Assembly: GCA_973895155.1 (NCBI GenBank)
Contig: OZ316897.1
Span: forward strand, 16,722,058-16,786,057
Source: Marsupella aquatica
Taxonomy: Eukaryota > Plantae > Marchantiophyta
DNA: 64,000 nucleotides
Reading direction: 5' to 3'
Shown: positions 1-12,038 of the stretch, one piece after another
How positions within the stretch are numbered: position 1 is the stretch's first letter
Layout: the number at the start of each line of letters is the position of its first letter
Made by a program: the position numbers and the translations under genes
Notes under the pieces: generated by a model
The model's database searches: none
Told to the model about the DNA's origin: nothing
Seen by the model: only the letters and a program-made list of their open reading frames with translations

Positions 1-75
1 GTGTAGATGATTACCATGATTTGGACCCAGTATCTGCACCAAAATTTTTGATATTGATGTATGTTTAACATACAG

Positions 76-1747
76 CTATGACATTGGAGAAGAGTGGGCA
101 ATTGATATGTACCCTTACGATGGAGAAGTTCATTTGTGTTTGATTGACACAAAAAAAGATCCACACCGATTGCGATAGCACATTGTTGGTCCAATTGCAT
201 ACTTGCAAATGCATTCTGAGGATCAAGTAACTGTTCTTGTAGAGAATTACACGGAAAAAAAATGGTATCAATACTTGCTTGATGCAAATACATATGGAGT
301 GCGGTTGAATACCACTTGGATTGATGATATGCCAGCCAATGTTATTTCTTTGGCATTCTTTCCTTTGGACTTTAGTTTCAAAGGTAGTTCAGATCAAGGA
401 CAACTTTCACACCAGGAGATTGCATCTGGTTATGCTCGAGTCTTACATTTGCTGAAAAGAAAGAAGCATTTCTTGTGTAGGACATTGCAGATGGAGCAGT
501 GCATTGAGACAAGTGGACTAACCAACATTGATATTGATCCAGCTGTTCTTTTCCATAAGAAATTTGGAAAAGAAACACTCTCCAACTGGATTGACTTGCA
601 AACTTTGGTTGCAAACAAGGTGAAGGAAGTGCCAAAGTCTTTAGAAGATGACTTGGGAGTAGATATGTCAGAATATGAAGGGGCCAAGGCTGACAAAGAA
701 GCGGTACCAATCATTGATCCCAGTAGAGAGGCATCTCCACAACAAAGTGAGAAGCTTGATAGTGTAGAGCCTCAAATTCAGAGCATTCCTGGAATTGTCC
801 AACAAAAGAAGAAACAAGCTACCAAGCTTGTAGTTTCTCAGCCAAAGAGACGACCGCCAACCACCAAGGCACAAAATGTGCAGAGGAAGAGAAAACAGCC
901 ACAAGAAGAGGACAACGTGGAAGAGATTTTTGCACAACAAAGTGAAAAGATTGAGCCCATTGTACTTCAAATAGGAGGCAATGTACAGAGCAAGCCAACA
1001 ATTGTGCAACCAAAGAGAAAGCCATCAACAAGAAAGAAGTCATTGGGGAAGCAACATAGCAATAGGGATACAGTTGTTGATCTTGTGCAACAAGGAGCAC
1101 TAATCTTACGAGAAGTGGGTGACAATGAAGAGAGTGAGTTACCTGGAGCCAAAGAGATTGAAAAATCTAACAAGATTTTGCAAGAGGTGAAAGATTACTA
1201 TCCTTTTGGAATTAGAACACATTTTGGGATTCCGGTGAAGAATATCACGCAACCTCCTGCTACCATGTGTTATAGGAAAATTAACCTTTCTCATGTTGAT
1301 GAGATAATGACTGGGATGATCTTGCATCCCGAGCAGCAACCTCATCCTGCTGATTTAGTTCCCTACAACCCTCAGACCTTGAAGCCAATGAGTTTTGCAA
1401 AAGATGACATGACTCAATTTCAGAAATTGATGCCAAAGTTAAAGTTCTTTGCTATAAGTGGACAGCATTCTGCACTTGCTGCTCAAAGAATTTGTGAGCA
1501 TGCCAAAAAACAACCTGATCTTCGAGAGCTTGCAAATAAATTGCAAGTACGTTCATATCGCATTTTTAGTGGAGCTACACCCAAAAAGATCTTGCTGGAG
1601 TTCTCTAGTAGCTCAAATGAGATGAACAAGATTTCTGATTATAAATCTCCATTCATTGATACTGTGGAGCATGCAAGAAATCAATACGCTGATTTTGGTT
1701 TTCCAAAACGGCCTGAGGCGGGACAAACAGCAAGTCCAATTTACAAG
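76..1747 (+). pseudogene. Large exon of a multi-exon gene (5' end probably outside the window): Lys/Gln-rich linker followed by a ParB/Srx-like segment
   Basis: Acceptor TACAG|C at 75/76. The frame continues into ORF 203-1822 with one in-frame TAG (176-178). Donor AAG|GTAAGT at 1747/1748. The motif IPVKNI..YRKINLSHVDEI..FFAISGQHSALAAQRI resembles the ParB/Srx (I/V)xxGxHR strand-helix. Confidence 0.55.
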
Positions 1748-1828
1748 GTAAGTTTGCCTTGCATAAAAGGTTTAAGTTTGTTGTACTGTGTTATTTTTCT
1801 GAATCATGAATGCAATGCCTAAGTAACA

Positions 1829-4145
1829 ACCTCACAATGATCGTGAGGTCAACTACTCATATTGAAAAGATATAGTTTCTTTTGACATGTGCAGGAATTT
1901 GAGCATACAGCAAAAATGACCATGGAGAAGAAACATCTTACTGAAGTACATTGGATACTTTTTGCATCTGAGAAGTTGTATTGTTTGTGGAAGGAAGTGT
2001 GTAACAAGTGGCTTGAGGGAGAGCTTCCAGATGGACAAGGTATCATCACTGAAAATAAAAAAGAGTCTAAGCTTCTAACAGTTTCAAATTTCCGGAGTTT
2101 GGAGGGAGGCTTGCAAGATGATGATATCATAGCCATTCTCAAAGAGGTCGAACATGGTGGAGTTCTCCTTAAGAAAGATGCTTCTTACAAAGGTGACATG
2201 CAATCTATGGAAGAGCTTGCCAAAACAACAAAAGTTCTCTCCAAACTGAAAGAGATAATTATTGGATATTATCAAATCACTTTTTCAGACCATTTTCCTG
2301 ATAAATGTACTTGGAAGGAACTATGTGATAAAATTCCCATTGATGCTAGGGAATTGGATAGATGCAGAGGAGTGGCTGGTACCAAGTACTTGATATCTTG
2401 TACTTCTCGGAATATTGCACGTGAGAAAAATATTCTGCATGGTTTAGTATCAAGACTAAATCAACTATTTTATGATGCATTCGGTGGAAGCCAGAGAAAG
2501 AGATTAGAGCCATTTCTAACTTTTTTCACTGACAACTTAATGACAACATGTGAGCCTGGTGCTTTGGAAGAGGCAGCTCCTTTTGTTCCTCTTGCCATTG
2601 TGGATTTTGGAAAACGAAACCAAAAAGAGTGGTCAGTATCCCAGTTGGAGGTGTTTTTTAAGTACATTGTGGAAACACCAAAAAATGATGCAATAATGAT
2701 TGTCATTTTTTTATTCCATGGTCATCTTTACTCCAACGTGCTAACTGCACTTTACAATTTACCCGATATTCACTTACATTTTGAATTTGGATCATTTGAG
2801 AGAGCCGATGGCTACATACATCCTGGGAGGTTTTTCAAAAATGAGCGGGAACAAGTAATTATTGCAGGTATGTAAATTTGAAATTTGTGTTTGGGTTTGG
2901 GTTTATGATACATTGAGAAAACCTCACAATGATCGTGAGGTTTAGAATTATCACTAATTGTAGAATCTAAATTTATTTGAACTTCATAAGTTTACTGATC
3001 ATTTAGTGTTTTTTGGCAGCCGTTTCACACAATGCAAAACAAGATTGGGTTGACATGTTTCCCGAAGGAGATATGAACTACCAATTTGATGAGGAAAATG
3101 ATCGAAATTATCTTTCCAAAACTTGGAAGACTAATCCAAAATCTATTCCAGTGGATGAGTCTAAAGAAGATCGAGAGGAACGCTTGAGGGAAGAAGCATT
3201 CAAGACGCTAAAAAATAGAGCTCCTCGTTATTCATTTTTGGATCAACTTGGAGGTTTAGTTAATCCTGATTGCAAGCCTGCTCGTGTGCTCAACAACATC
3301 ATTCATAAATTTTCTGCACGTGGCGCTACAATTTTTGATTTCTTTTCCGGAGGATCAGTTTTAAAAAGTGCATTCGAGCTTGGAAGAGAATGCTTTGTGT
3401 ATTCAGACTCAAAAAAAGAGTCTGAATTCTTGAAATTATATCCAAATATTTTGAGAACAATTCCTGGAGTTAACAAATTTTGGGAGAAGGTTGGAAAGAT
3501 CAATCATGGTGATCCTCCTGAAGATTCAGAAGTTATTGTTGAGTATGCAATTATTGACGATATTGACGAAGATGAAGATCTTTCTAGATTTGAGGAAGGG
3601 TCGCCTGTTGTTGGTATTCGACAGGATAATCAACATCAAGCTTCTGTTTTGATTGAAAAAATCTTACAATCTTCAAGTTTGAACAAATCTTCATCAACAA
3701 TGAGAAGCCAAAATGATTTGATTAACCTTGCAAGTCCTTCACAGGTAACATCTATTCTTCATTTTATTTGTAGTTTACTTATGAGGTATTTATATATATG
3801 TGAATATAATCTTATGTTGGAATTGTTGGGTCAAAATAGACCAATGCTTGCAGGAATGAAGAAATTACAAGTATTGTTGAAACTGAGACTATGGAGGTAG
3901 TTGAAATAGAGCTGGAGGATATCAAATTAGGCCAGGCAGATTCTTCTCAAAATGAGAATACTGGAAATTAAATACTTTATGTACCAGGTAGCAACTTATA
4001 TTAGATGATAATTTGAATTCAAGCATGGATCATGCTTGGCATTTGAGAAACATGCTCATCTCCTTGAAAAGACAAGTATATATATGTACTTTTTATTGAC
4101 TTCAGATTTTTCACTGATGCAAACCTCATGATTATCGTGAGGTTT
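1829..4145. repeat. Three copies of a ~25-bp palindrome AAACCTCACGAT-N-ATCGTGAGGTTT (1829-1849, 2919-2943, 4121-4145), each in a predicted intron
   Basis: Read directly from the sequence. Each copy departs from the perfect palindrome at the left-arm CpG (CA or TG). Confidence 0.8.
1895..3744 (+). CDS. Next two exons (1895-2867, 3020-3744) of the same gene: divergent beta-class N6A/N4C DNA methyltransferase-like domain
   Basis: GT-AG introns 1748-1894 and 2868-3019 preserve the frame. KPARVLNNIIHKFSARGATIFDFFSGGSVLKSAFELGRECF matches the motif X/motif I pattern KPxxLxxxII..S..GxxVLDxFxGSGT..AAxxLGR. Upstream LAIVDFG sits where DPPY is expected, and NEREQVIIA resembles the HExIL motif. Confidence 0.5.
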
Positions 4146-4534
4146 ATGAGTGATATTTGTACCCCAAATATGTACACAAAAAGCTTGTATTTAAAAAATG
4201 CTAATACGATTGTTCCTTTGAATGATTGTATCAGCCAACTATCATAAGCATTTCTCACAATGAAATGTCACCACTTGACAATTTACAAGAAGAAGTAGGA
4301 CAAAATGATTCATATTCAGAAACAAGAGTACCTGGAATTGCATCTATTGAGTCACCGCTTTGGAGTGATTCATCATCTGAAGAAGGATTGCCTGTTGGAA
4401 TATTTCCATTAGCACCAAAAGGTAAAGATTTTGTTATCTTTTATCTGTGTTCATATTTATATAGGATTTTGAAATTAGTTGTTGTACATTTATTTTACAA
4501 AGTTCTAATTTATTTGTAATTGCATTTGTAACAG

Positions 4535-5669
4535 GTCAACACGATCTTGATCCATGTCACGTTTGGTCTTACCTGCCAGAAAATATAGCCCGAGATCGTA
4601 AATTACTAATTTTTGATCTTAGTGGTTTATTTTTCCGATCGCAATATCTCGGAAAAACAATATGCACCAAGTCAATATCCACGGCAACTGTGCACACATG
4701 GCGTGGTAACATGTGGACAATAAGACCACAAATTCATGAATTTTTGCAAAAGTGTTTCTCAAAGTTTGGCATAGGAATATGGAGTTGTGGAACTGATCAA
4801 GAAGTCCAGATTCAAGTCAAGACTATCTTTGGACCCAAAGAAATTAAAAAATTTCTTTTTATCAAAAATCAACATCATGTTCAAGAAATTCTTGGGCTCA
4901 AGAATAGCAAAGGTGGACCTGTGTTTTTGAAGAACATATCAAAGTTCATTTGGGAAGAACATAGGTATTGGGATGACAAGACCACTGTGTTGATAGATGA
5001 CTTACCTTATAGAACTTCAACAAATGCTTCTCATTCAGCATTATTTCCACCTACATATGATGGAAATCAAAAAGACAATTTTCTTTTGAAAATTTTATGG
5101 CCTTGTTTGGAAAAAATGGAAATGGCCTGTGATATCCGTGCATATCTTCAATTAAATGAGCCAAAATGGTCCATGGAGAGTGCATCTCAAGATGAGATAA
5201 TCTTCACCTTCAAAGAAGAGGTCTTTTGAAAAAGTTTACACCGCCACAGATGATCAAATACGCTGATGTTTTGCATATTTCTCAATACGAGATCAGTTGG
5301 GGCGAGAAGCACTTGGTCACAAATATGGGAGCTGTTGATAAAATGAGTTATGAAGAGGTTTGCAAGATTGGAAAACATCTTGGAATGCGCGGTTGGCATA
5401 CTGATCATGCTTATGATCCCATACGGTTTTTGTCGTTGGTTCAAATGACACGAGATCTTTCTTCAAAATTTAAAAACTTGCATACTCGAGATGGTTGTAA
5501 TCGTGATAGAGAAGTAGATAGGCAGGGAAAATTAGGAACATGCTCAAATAAGCATTGTTCAGAGTGTCCTTTTAGTTCAATTTTCTTCAATCTTGGCCGA
5601 GCGCCATTAGATAGAGTAGACAAAGTTCAATGTGCAACTCAATTATATATAAATATTTGGTTTCTTTAA
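4535..5669 (+). pseudogene. FCP1/NIF-like HAD phosphatase-fold exon, then a probable frameshift (~5225) into a Cys-containing tail
   Basis: Acceptor ACAG|GT at 4534/4535 gives RKLLIFDLSGLFF (degenerate DLDxT motif I), in frame with ORF 4690-5229 (IRPQIHEFLQKC, GIWS, KNISK, TVLIDD..R), which are typical FCP1-homology motifs. Confidence 0.65.
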
Positions 5670-6559
5670 AATTTTAAACTTTGTGATTCCCTTCAATGAT
5701 CTATTTTGACCCTCATTTTGATCATGTAGTGAATAGTAGCACTATGTATTTGATTTTCAAACACAACTACGCAAGAATACTTGTTCATTTGAATGATGTT
5801 TTGAATATAGTAGTCGCACTAATGGTTTTTTACTAAGATAGTAAATAATAAATTAAACTTGTACCTACATCCCAACATGGCTGAATTTTTGAAGAATCAC
5901 AAGCACATCTATCAAATTTGATAACATGTTTGGAATTTTGTTAAATCAATTTTGGAAATTTAAATAACATTTTTTGGAATTTCTTGACATTATTTTTGGA
6001 ATATTCATTACAAGTTTTGGAGAATTCAAATTCCAGTTTTAACGAATTGGTTGATAGAGACTTAATAACCATTTCTATCTGAACAATTGCTTTGTGCATG
6101 ATCCAGATATGCTTACAGAAAGGTACAACCACATGCAAGGAAATCAAGGCACATCATGTCCACAAGGCCCTTGAAGAAATGAGAAGGAAAAATTCCTTAA
6201 GTGATGAAATGCAGATCCATTAACATGAAATATTACAAACATGATTATCTTGTGAGCCGAGTGCCAAAAGTGGCACTCAGTCTACCATCTAGAGTATGTC
6301 ACTCAGTCTCTACCATCTAGAGTATGTCATCCAGAGTGTCCCTTAGTCTACATGATGTAGTCCTGCCCGAAGTATCTTGAAGGTTTAGTCTGTGTTCAAA
6401 ACGCAAAACACCAGTACAAATTGTATAAGTACCTGATTGCAAATTTACAAAGGCCCAACCACCTAAAAAAATAGAACGCATTCATACAAGCAGCTCAAAG
6501 AATTCTCATATAAGCATTGTCGCTAGTTATCTGGCCACATATATCTCCCAGACCCTTAA

Positions 6560-7060
6560 TACACAAGGACACAGTCTAGTTTATACATTGGGAGAGTCCT
6601 TTGTGAAGTCCATGTAAAAGGATATAGGACATGTATGGTCCTTTCTGCGGTTAAGGACTGTGTCATTGACGAAAGAACTAGTCCTTTACCATGACTTGCA
6701 CCAAGGATATAGTCCTTTAATTACCATGACTTGCACCAAGGACATAGTCCTTTACCATGACTTGCACCAAGGACATAGTCCTTGAATATGTCTTGCACCA
6801 AGGACATAGTCCTTGAATATGTCCTTAGTCAAGGATCTAGTCCTTGAATGTGTCCTTCACGAAGGACATAGTCCTTCACAAATCCTTTTTAGTCCTTTTG
6901 AAAGGACATGGTCCTTTGCATGGTCCTTTCCAATATGACTCTGTCCTTATCCAAGGACACAGTCCTAGTCCTTGTAAAATGACCGAGTCCTAGACATGCA
7001 ATCAAACCAAAAGGAGTCGCTATGTAGAGGAGTCCTTACTAACAACAAGGACACCTTGGA
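6560..7060. repeat. Array of AAGGAC-N3/5-GTCCTT mini inverted repeats, including ~31-bp tandem units (6680-6830)
   Basis: Repeated units such as ccatgacttgcaccaaggacatagtccttt, plus many further ggac..gtcc pairs. Confidence 0.8.
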
Positions 7061-7240
7061 CATGTCTTTACATAAGAACATAATCCTTACACATTGACGG
7101 ACTAAGGATGGGTTACAGGCAAAGCTCAATGACATTGTATTGCACTGCATGGTTAAGCTAGTGCATGAAAGTGTTGATGTAGATTGCAAGGAAAGTAGGA
7201 AGTTGGGCAATTCAGAAATTTACCTCAATAGACGATTCTC

Positions 7241-10200
7241 TCATGACCACAAAGAATCTGTAATTGCTGCAAGTGTGTCTTTGTCCAATTTGAACTTTCT
7301 GCTACCACCCTTCCGTCCTGAAGTATCACATGGGCTTAGCCCAAATCGAATGTGAATTACTGACTTTGCAAGACTAAAACTTGGTGGTGATTTGTCTAAA
7401 TAGACATGTGTGGCACAATCCTGGAACTGGTTGCATCCATCTGCCCTTCAATACCAGTTCACCCTGCTGAAGTTCTTGCTCGTATCCATCCACAAATGTC
7501 TCTGTGACATCATGTAGGACCTCCTCGCATTGCAAAATGTAAAAGTCTACATCCCAATGATTTGGGCGCTCTGCTTCCACTGCATAGAAATCACCCAACT
7601 GCACCAACTCTGCCAAAGACCCAGAGTCCCCTTCCAACAGTCCTTCACCAACTCCCATTTCTTCAAGGTCTGCTTTGACATCAATAGGGAGAATCCCTTT
7701 CACCATCTCAAGCTTATATAGTCCTACAAGATCTCGATTCTCACATTTTTGTGGTTCTTCATCAAGACAGTAAGCACAAAAACAGCATAGTTCCCTCACT
7801 TGCAACAGAGTTGAAAGTCGGTTACTAAATCCATCAAAACAATGCATTGCTCTACATCCTGGGATTGCATCACAGTCCCATTTCTTGTGCCGATTCATAG
7901 CTGTAGCACCTATTTCCCAAAACAATCGCCTCACAAGCAAAACATCACCATACTCTCTCTCAATACCAATGGCAAACTTCTCCTTGCAAAATGCAACTAC
8001 ATCATGAGCATTTTCCAAGCGAAAGCCATGCGTCCCCTTCAACTGCTCTCTTTGTATCCCGCTCTTGATGTGGCCTCCAAGGGCATCCTATCCATGCAGA
8101 AAAAGTCCATTCAATGTCACACAAGCATACACTAGACTCCAAAGAATAATGTTCTTGTATAACGGTAAAGAAGCTCATATGAAACTAAATAATGAGAACA
8201 ACACAGTGAATTCAAATATTGGAGGTAGAGTTCCACACTTACAGCTACACCCTTTCCATGTCCTGAAGCATGGAAAAACCATTTCATCCGTGCACCAAAT
8301 CTCTTGTAATATCTTGAGACATAGTAGAAGGTCTACAAGCCTTAAATTGTGAGGCAGCTCCATCGGACCAAACCCAATGCTGAGTGAATTCAATTCCCTC
8401 TTGCTTCATCCAATGGTAATGAGCATCCATGCAATGCTGCACAAACAAGGTGTCGTGAGTATTATCATCACTGATATAGAAATGATAGTCGGCGATGATA
8501 TCTCTGTCACCAGCTTCACTCTGTGCCATACTCACTGTCCGTCCCACTGCAGCCTCCATAGATTGGTGCACATCTTCTCGATGTCTATAGGTCACATGGA
8601 TCAACAAAGTAATCTGTTTGTTGTCCCAATGTTGCGATTGAATCTCATTTTGCGTCTTGAAAGTGTAATTTTCAGAGAAGTCAATTGAAGACACTATGGT
8701 TCCTCTTGGGAACGTCTTCAAACACAATCTAAACTGGTCACTTTGCCAGCGAGCTCTAAAATCATGAACAACAAATGACTTCATTCTAGCTTCGACCACG
8801 TTCCTGAAATCACTTACAGACGTAGTCTTATACACCATCCTCAAGCGTTTAGACTTTTTTTGTGAACTCTCATCACTTCCCTGCTTCTTTGCTTTCTTCA
8901 TTTGTAAGTTGTCATCTAACTCTTGATATTCAAAACTCTGCCAACTAATAGTTAGTTGTTGTGCGGAATCCAACTCCCATGGACACCAGTCCAGATTCAG
9001 CGTTCCACAATCTACACAAACTCCCATAATACAGTCCTTCTTGTGCCATACCTGCCCCTTGGTTTTCTTACACAGCGCACCTTCCATCCAACCTCGAACA
9101 TAGGTAATGTGTGTCCTTGAAGCTACACAAGAAACACCTAATGGAATGGCCACTGATTTACAAGTACAACACTGACAACTACACTCAGAGGGGTGATGAA
9201 ACTTCCTGAATTTGTTTAGTGCCTCTTTCAGGAGGTCCATTTCACGTTGAAGCTACACAAGAAACACCTAATGGAATGGCCACTGATTTACAAGTACAAC
9301 ACCGACAACTACACTCAAAGGGGTGATGAAACTTCCTGAATTTGTTTAGTGCCTCTTTTAGGAGGTCCATTTCAACGTGCTACTTGCAGCAGCATACATT
9401 TTGATCCTTCATGGTTCGAATGTAAAACGGTTTCAGATAACTGAAGGACCGCAGGCCTATAGAAACAACATTGTTCTCAGCCTTGCACCAATCTTGGAAC
9501 TTGAAGAAAAATTCAACCTGTAAATAGACATCAACAGGGTGTTAATAGATTACCCAAATTCAGGCTCTCAAATTTGTATCGTTGGCTACAACTGAAGACG
9601 AGACTAAAGAATGCAGAAAATTTTAAGAACTCTCAAAGAAATTGAAGTAGCCAATGTGAGGATATCCTACCTCTGTATCCTCGAGCCAATGTACTTTATG
9701 TTCCTCATGTTGATTTGGTCCAAGTCGCTTTCTAGCTATCTCTTTCTTGCCTGGTGAGATTCTAGTGTATGTGCTCCAAAATAGTTCAACAATCTTGCGC
9801 ACCTCTACACTAATCTTGTCACTCCTGGTTTTCCTTTCCCCCATTGGGTATTTTATACATTGGTTCTCATCTATCTGCTTCCGCATGTTTGATGCTTTTT
9901 GAATGTTGTGTCTCTTGATACCAAAAGCCTTAGCTAAAGAGGACTGATATCGCTTGCCAACCGTGGACTGTCCGACCATAGCTACCAACACTGAATGCTT
10001 TACAGCCAAGTAATCTTTCTTTTTACCCCACTTCACAATTTGCAAGGTCTGCCTAAGGTCAGTTATAGCAGCTCCTACAGATGCATCTAACTTAGGGGTC
10101 CCAAGAGCTGCAGGATGATATTCTCTCAATGAAGAATGCAACCAAAATCGCTCTAGGACTACCTTCCTTGCGGATAAGTTGAAATCTCTCATTTTTTTGA

Positions 10201-10870
10201 ATAAGATTGAAGTTACCTCGGAGACCACTGAATCAACCACTCCTCTCGTTCTATTGGGCGTTTCCTCAGCAAGATGACTAGACAAACTTAAACTTCTCAT
10301 CCTCTGAAGTCTCCAATATGCAGCTCGTTTTCTAGCAGCATCTTTCTCCCTGAATTCTCTGGCCAAATGAGGGTCCTCTTGCATGCTTTGTAGACAGTGA
10401 GCTCCTTCACCTAATCGCACACGCAGTACTTTGAGGGCGGCTTGCTTTTGCCCTATCCTAGAGCACAAACGTGACAATGTTTCTTTGCCTTCAGCATAGT
10501 CATTCTTGATGTTGTGCAGCTTCAACACAGCTTGAGCGGTTGCCTCTCCATGTAAGCGCAGCACCTCATTCCTAGCAGCAGTTAATAATACCTCACTTTG
10601 CTGCTGAGCATGAAGAAGCAATTGATCAGCTTGCTGCTGAGCATGAAGAAGCAACTGATCAGCTTGCTGCTTGGCATCAAAAATCAGGCCCGTACTATTG
10701 CCGTCTTCCGGTTGAATGCCTCTATTCAATTGCTCAGTGTTGACCTCTTGGCACTGCCCGATAGGCTTGTCATACCATGACTTTTGCCTTCAAAAATTCC
10801 GCCGTTCTCTTTTTTCTTTCTCTTCTTGGGATTCATCTTGGCGCCCCGCTTGGCGCCGCACTGGTGGCAT
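7241..10870 (-). pseudogene. Sola2-like DDD cut-and-paste transposase, intron-containing and decayed
   Basis: Motifs DFSENY..QNEIQSQHW..QITL, ISDDNTHD and WSDGAASQFK. After a 1-nt frameshift (~8332) and splicing of intron 8088-8242 it reads GHGKGVA|DALGGHIK. Upstream KPFY..CCCxxH. A second intron spans 9518-9670. Lesions: stops at 9380-9382 and 10790-10792, and a 130-bp duplication. Confidence 0.7.
9117..9375. repeat. ~130-bp tandem duplication inside the transposase exon
   Basis: agctacacaagaaacacc...ggaggtccatttca occurs at 9121 and again at 9251. Confidence 0.9.
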
Positions 10871-11625
10871 CTCGCTAAAATTGATGGCAGCTCCTACAAC
10901 ACGATGAGCTTTTGAACGTAAGTTCAAAACAATATTTCATAAGTTAAAGAGGCCATGGTCCAAGTTAAATGAGGCTCTAGATGGCAAAAATTCATGTGGG
11001 AACACCCGCACTCAGGCAAACAAAAAATGGAGTCTAACAACATTGAGATGTCGCGCGGCTTACCCTTTACCAACGAGGTGAACACCCTACATTGCACAAG
11101 ACGGTCGCCAACTTTTTTGCTAGTTCTATGGATGATCTTTAGAATTCATCGAATCCGCTTGAGGCCAGAAGCTCTCTGGTAAAACTCCTGAAGCAAACCC
11201 GCAAAACATTACCGCAGATAGTCGACAGCCCTTCAATTCCCATGGCTCCCTGCCTCTTCCGTAGAGTCCTAGCTGAGCCTAGCTAGGACTCCTTAGTCTA
11301 CACATAATTAAGTATTTTGAAATTCAAATCGCTACTTAAGTCATGTTTCATTGGTATTCATTACCACTTGGACTTCCTTTTAAGTCCTTTTGTCCTTAAC
11401 CATTGAATCATTAATGGATGCTACTCCTAATCAAACCTCCTGGCATGCTTCCAAATGGACTGCTGGAGGTGAGGGGAAGATCCCACCTTCCATTCTCAAT
11501 AAAGCAATCCAGGCCATTCGGTGTAACACCTTGTCCATCCCTTTGAAAAAAGGGAAGGACTGGAATCCTTGTGGTGGAGATTTTGGATATCCTTTTTGCC
11601 CCCCTCAAGCTTGCATTTGACCCTT

Positions 11626-11786
11626 AGAGTTATATGGGACAACGGTGAGAAAGGACTGGCCCAACATAAACCTTGAGACATCGGTGTTTTCCATGGTGGC
11701 TAATGACTATGACACATAGAGTTATATGGGACAACGGTGAGAAAAGACTGGCCCAACAAAAACCTTGAGACATCAGTGTTTTCCAT
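11626..11786. repeat. Short direct duplication (~70 bp, period 92)
   Basis: agagttatatgggacaacggtgagaaa...gtgttttccat occurs twice. Confidence 0.8.
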
Positions 11787-12017
11787 TAAAAGACTTGGTC
11801 AGGAACATATAGTTATACACTTCTATCTTGAGCAGATGCTATATATTTGCTGAACAAATATATGTTGGACCATTTGTAGTTTGATTTGGCCTACAAATCA
11901 TTTCTTAGTAGCAACCAGGGTAGTGTGATGCCTAGACAGGAATCACTCGGCCGGTTAAGTGGGTAAAGCAGGAAGGCACCCTAGGAACACCTTAGTATAG
12001 TGACAAAACAAGGAAAA

Positions 12018-12023
12018 TATAAA
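12018..12023 (+). promoter_or_regulatory. Candidate TATA box near the LTR 5' end, upstream of the LTR ORF (equivalent site at 22902-22907)
   Basis: TATAAA is conserved in all four LTR copies and is followed by a telo-box-like TTAGGGTTAGGG (~12087-12098). Confidence 0.4.
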
Positions 12024-12038
12024 CAATTAGGGGCAACC

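Noticed and set aside
6680-6830. 31-bp, 63-bp and 83-bp repeat arrays (also at 28150 and 61064) as CRISPR-like arrays
   Set aside because: They are tandem units without unique spacers, no cas genes are present, and the context is eukaryotic.
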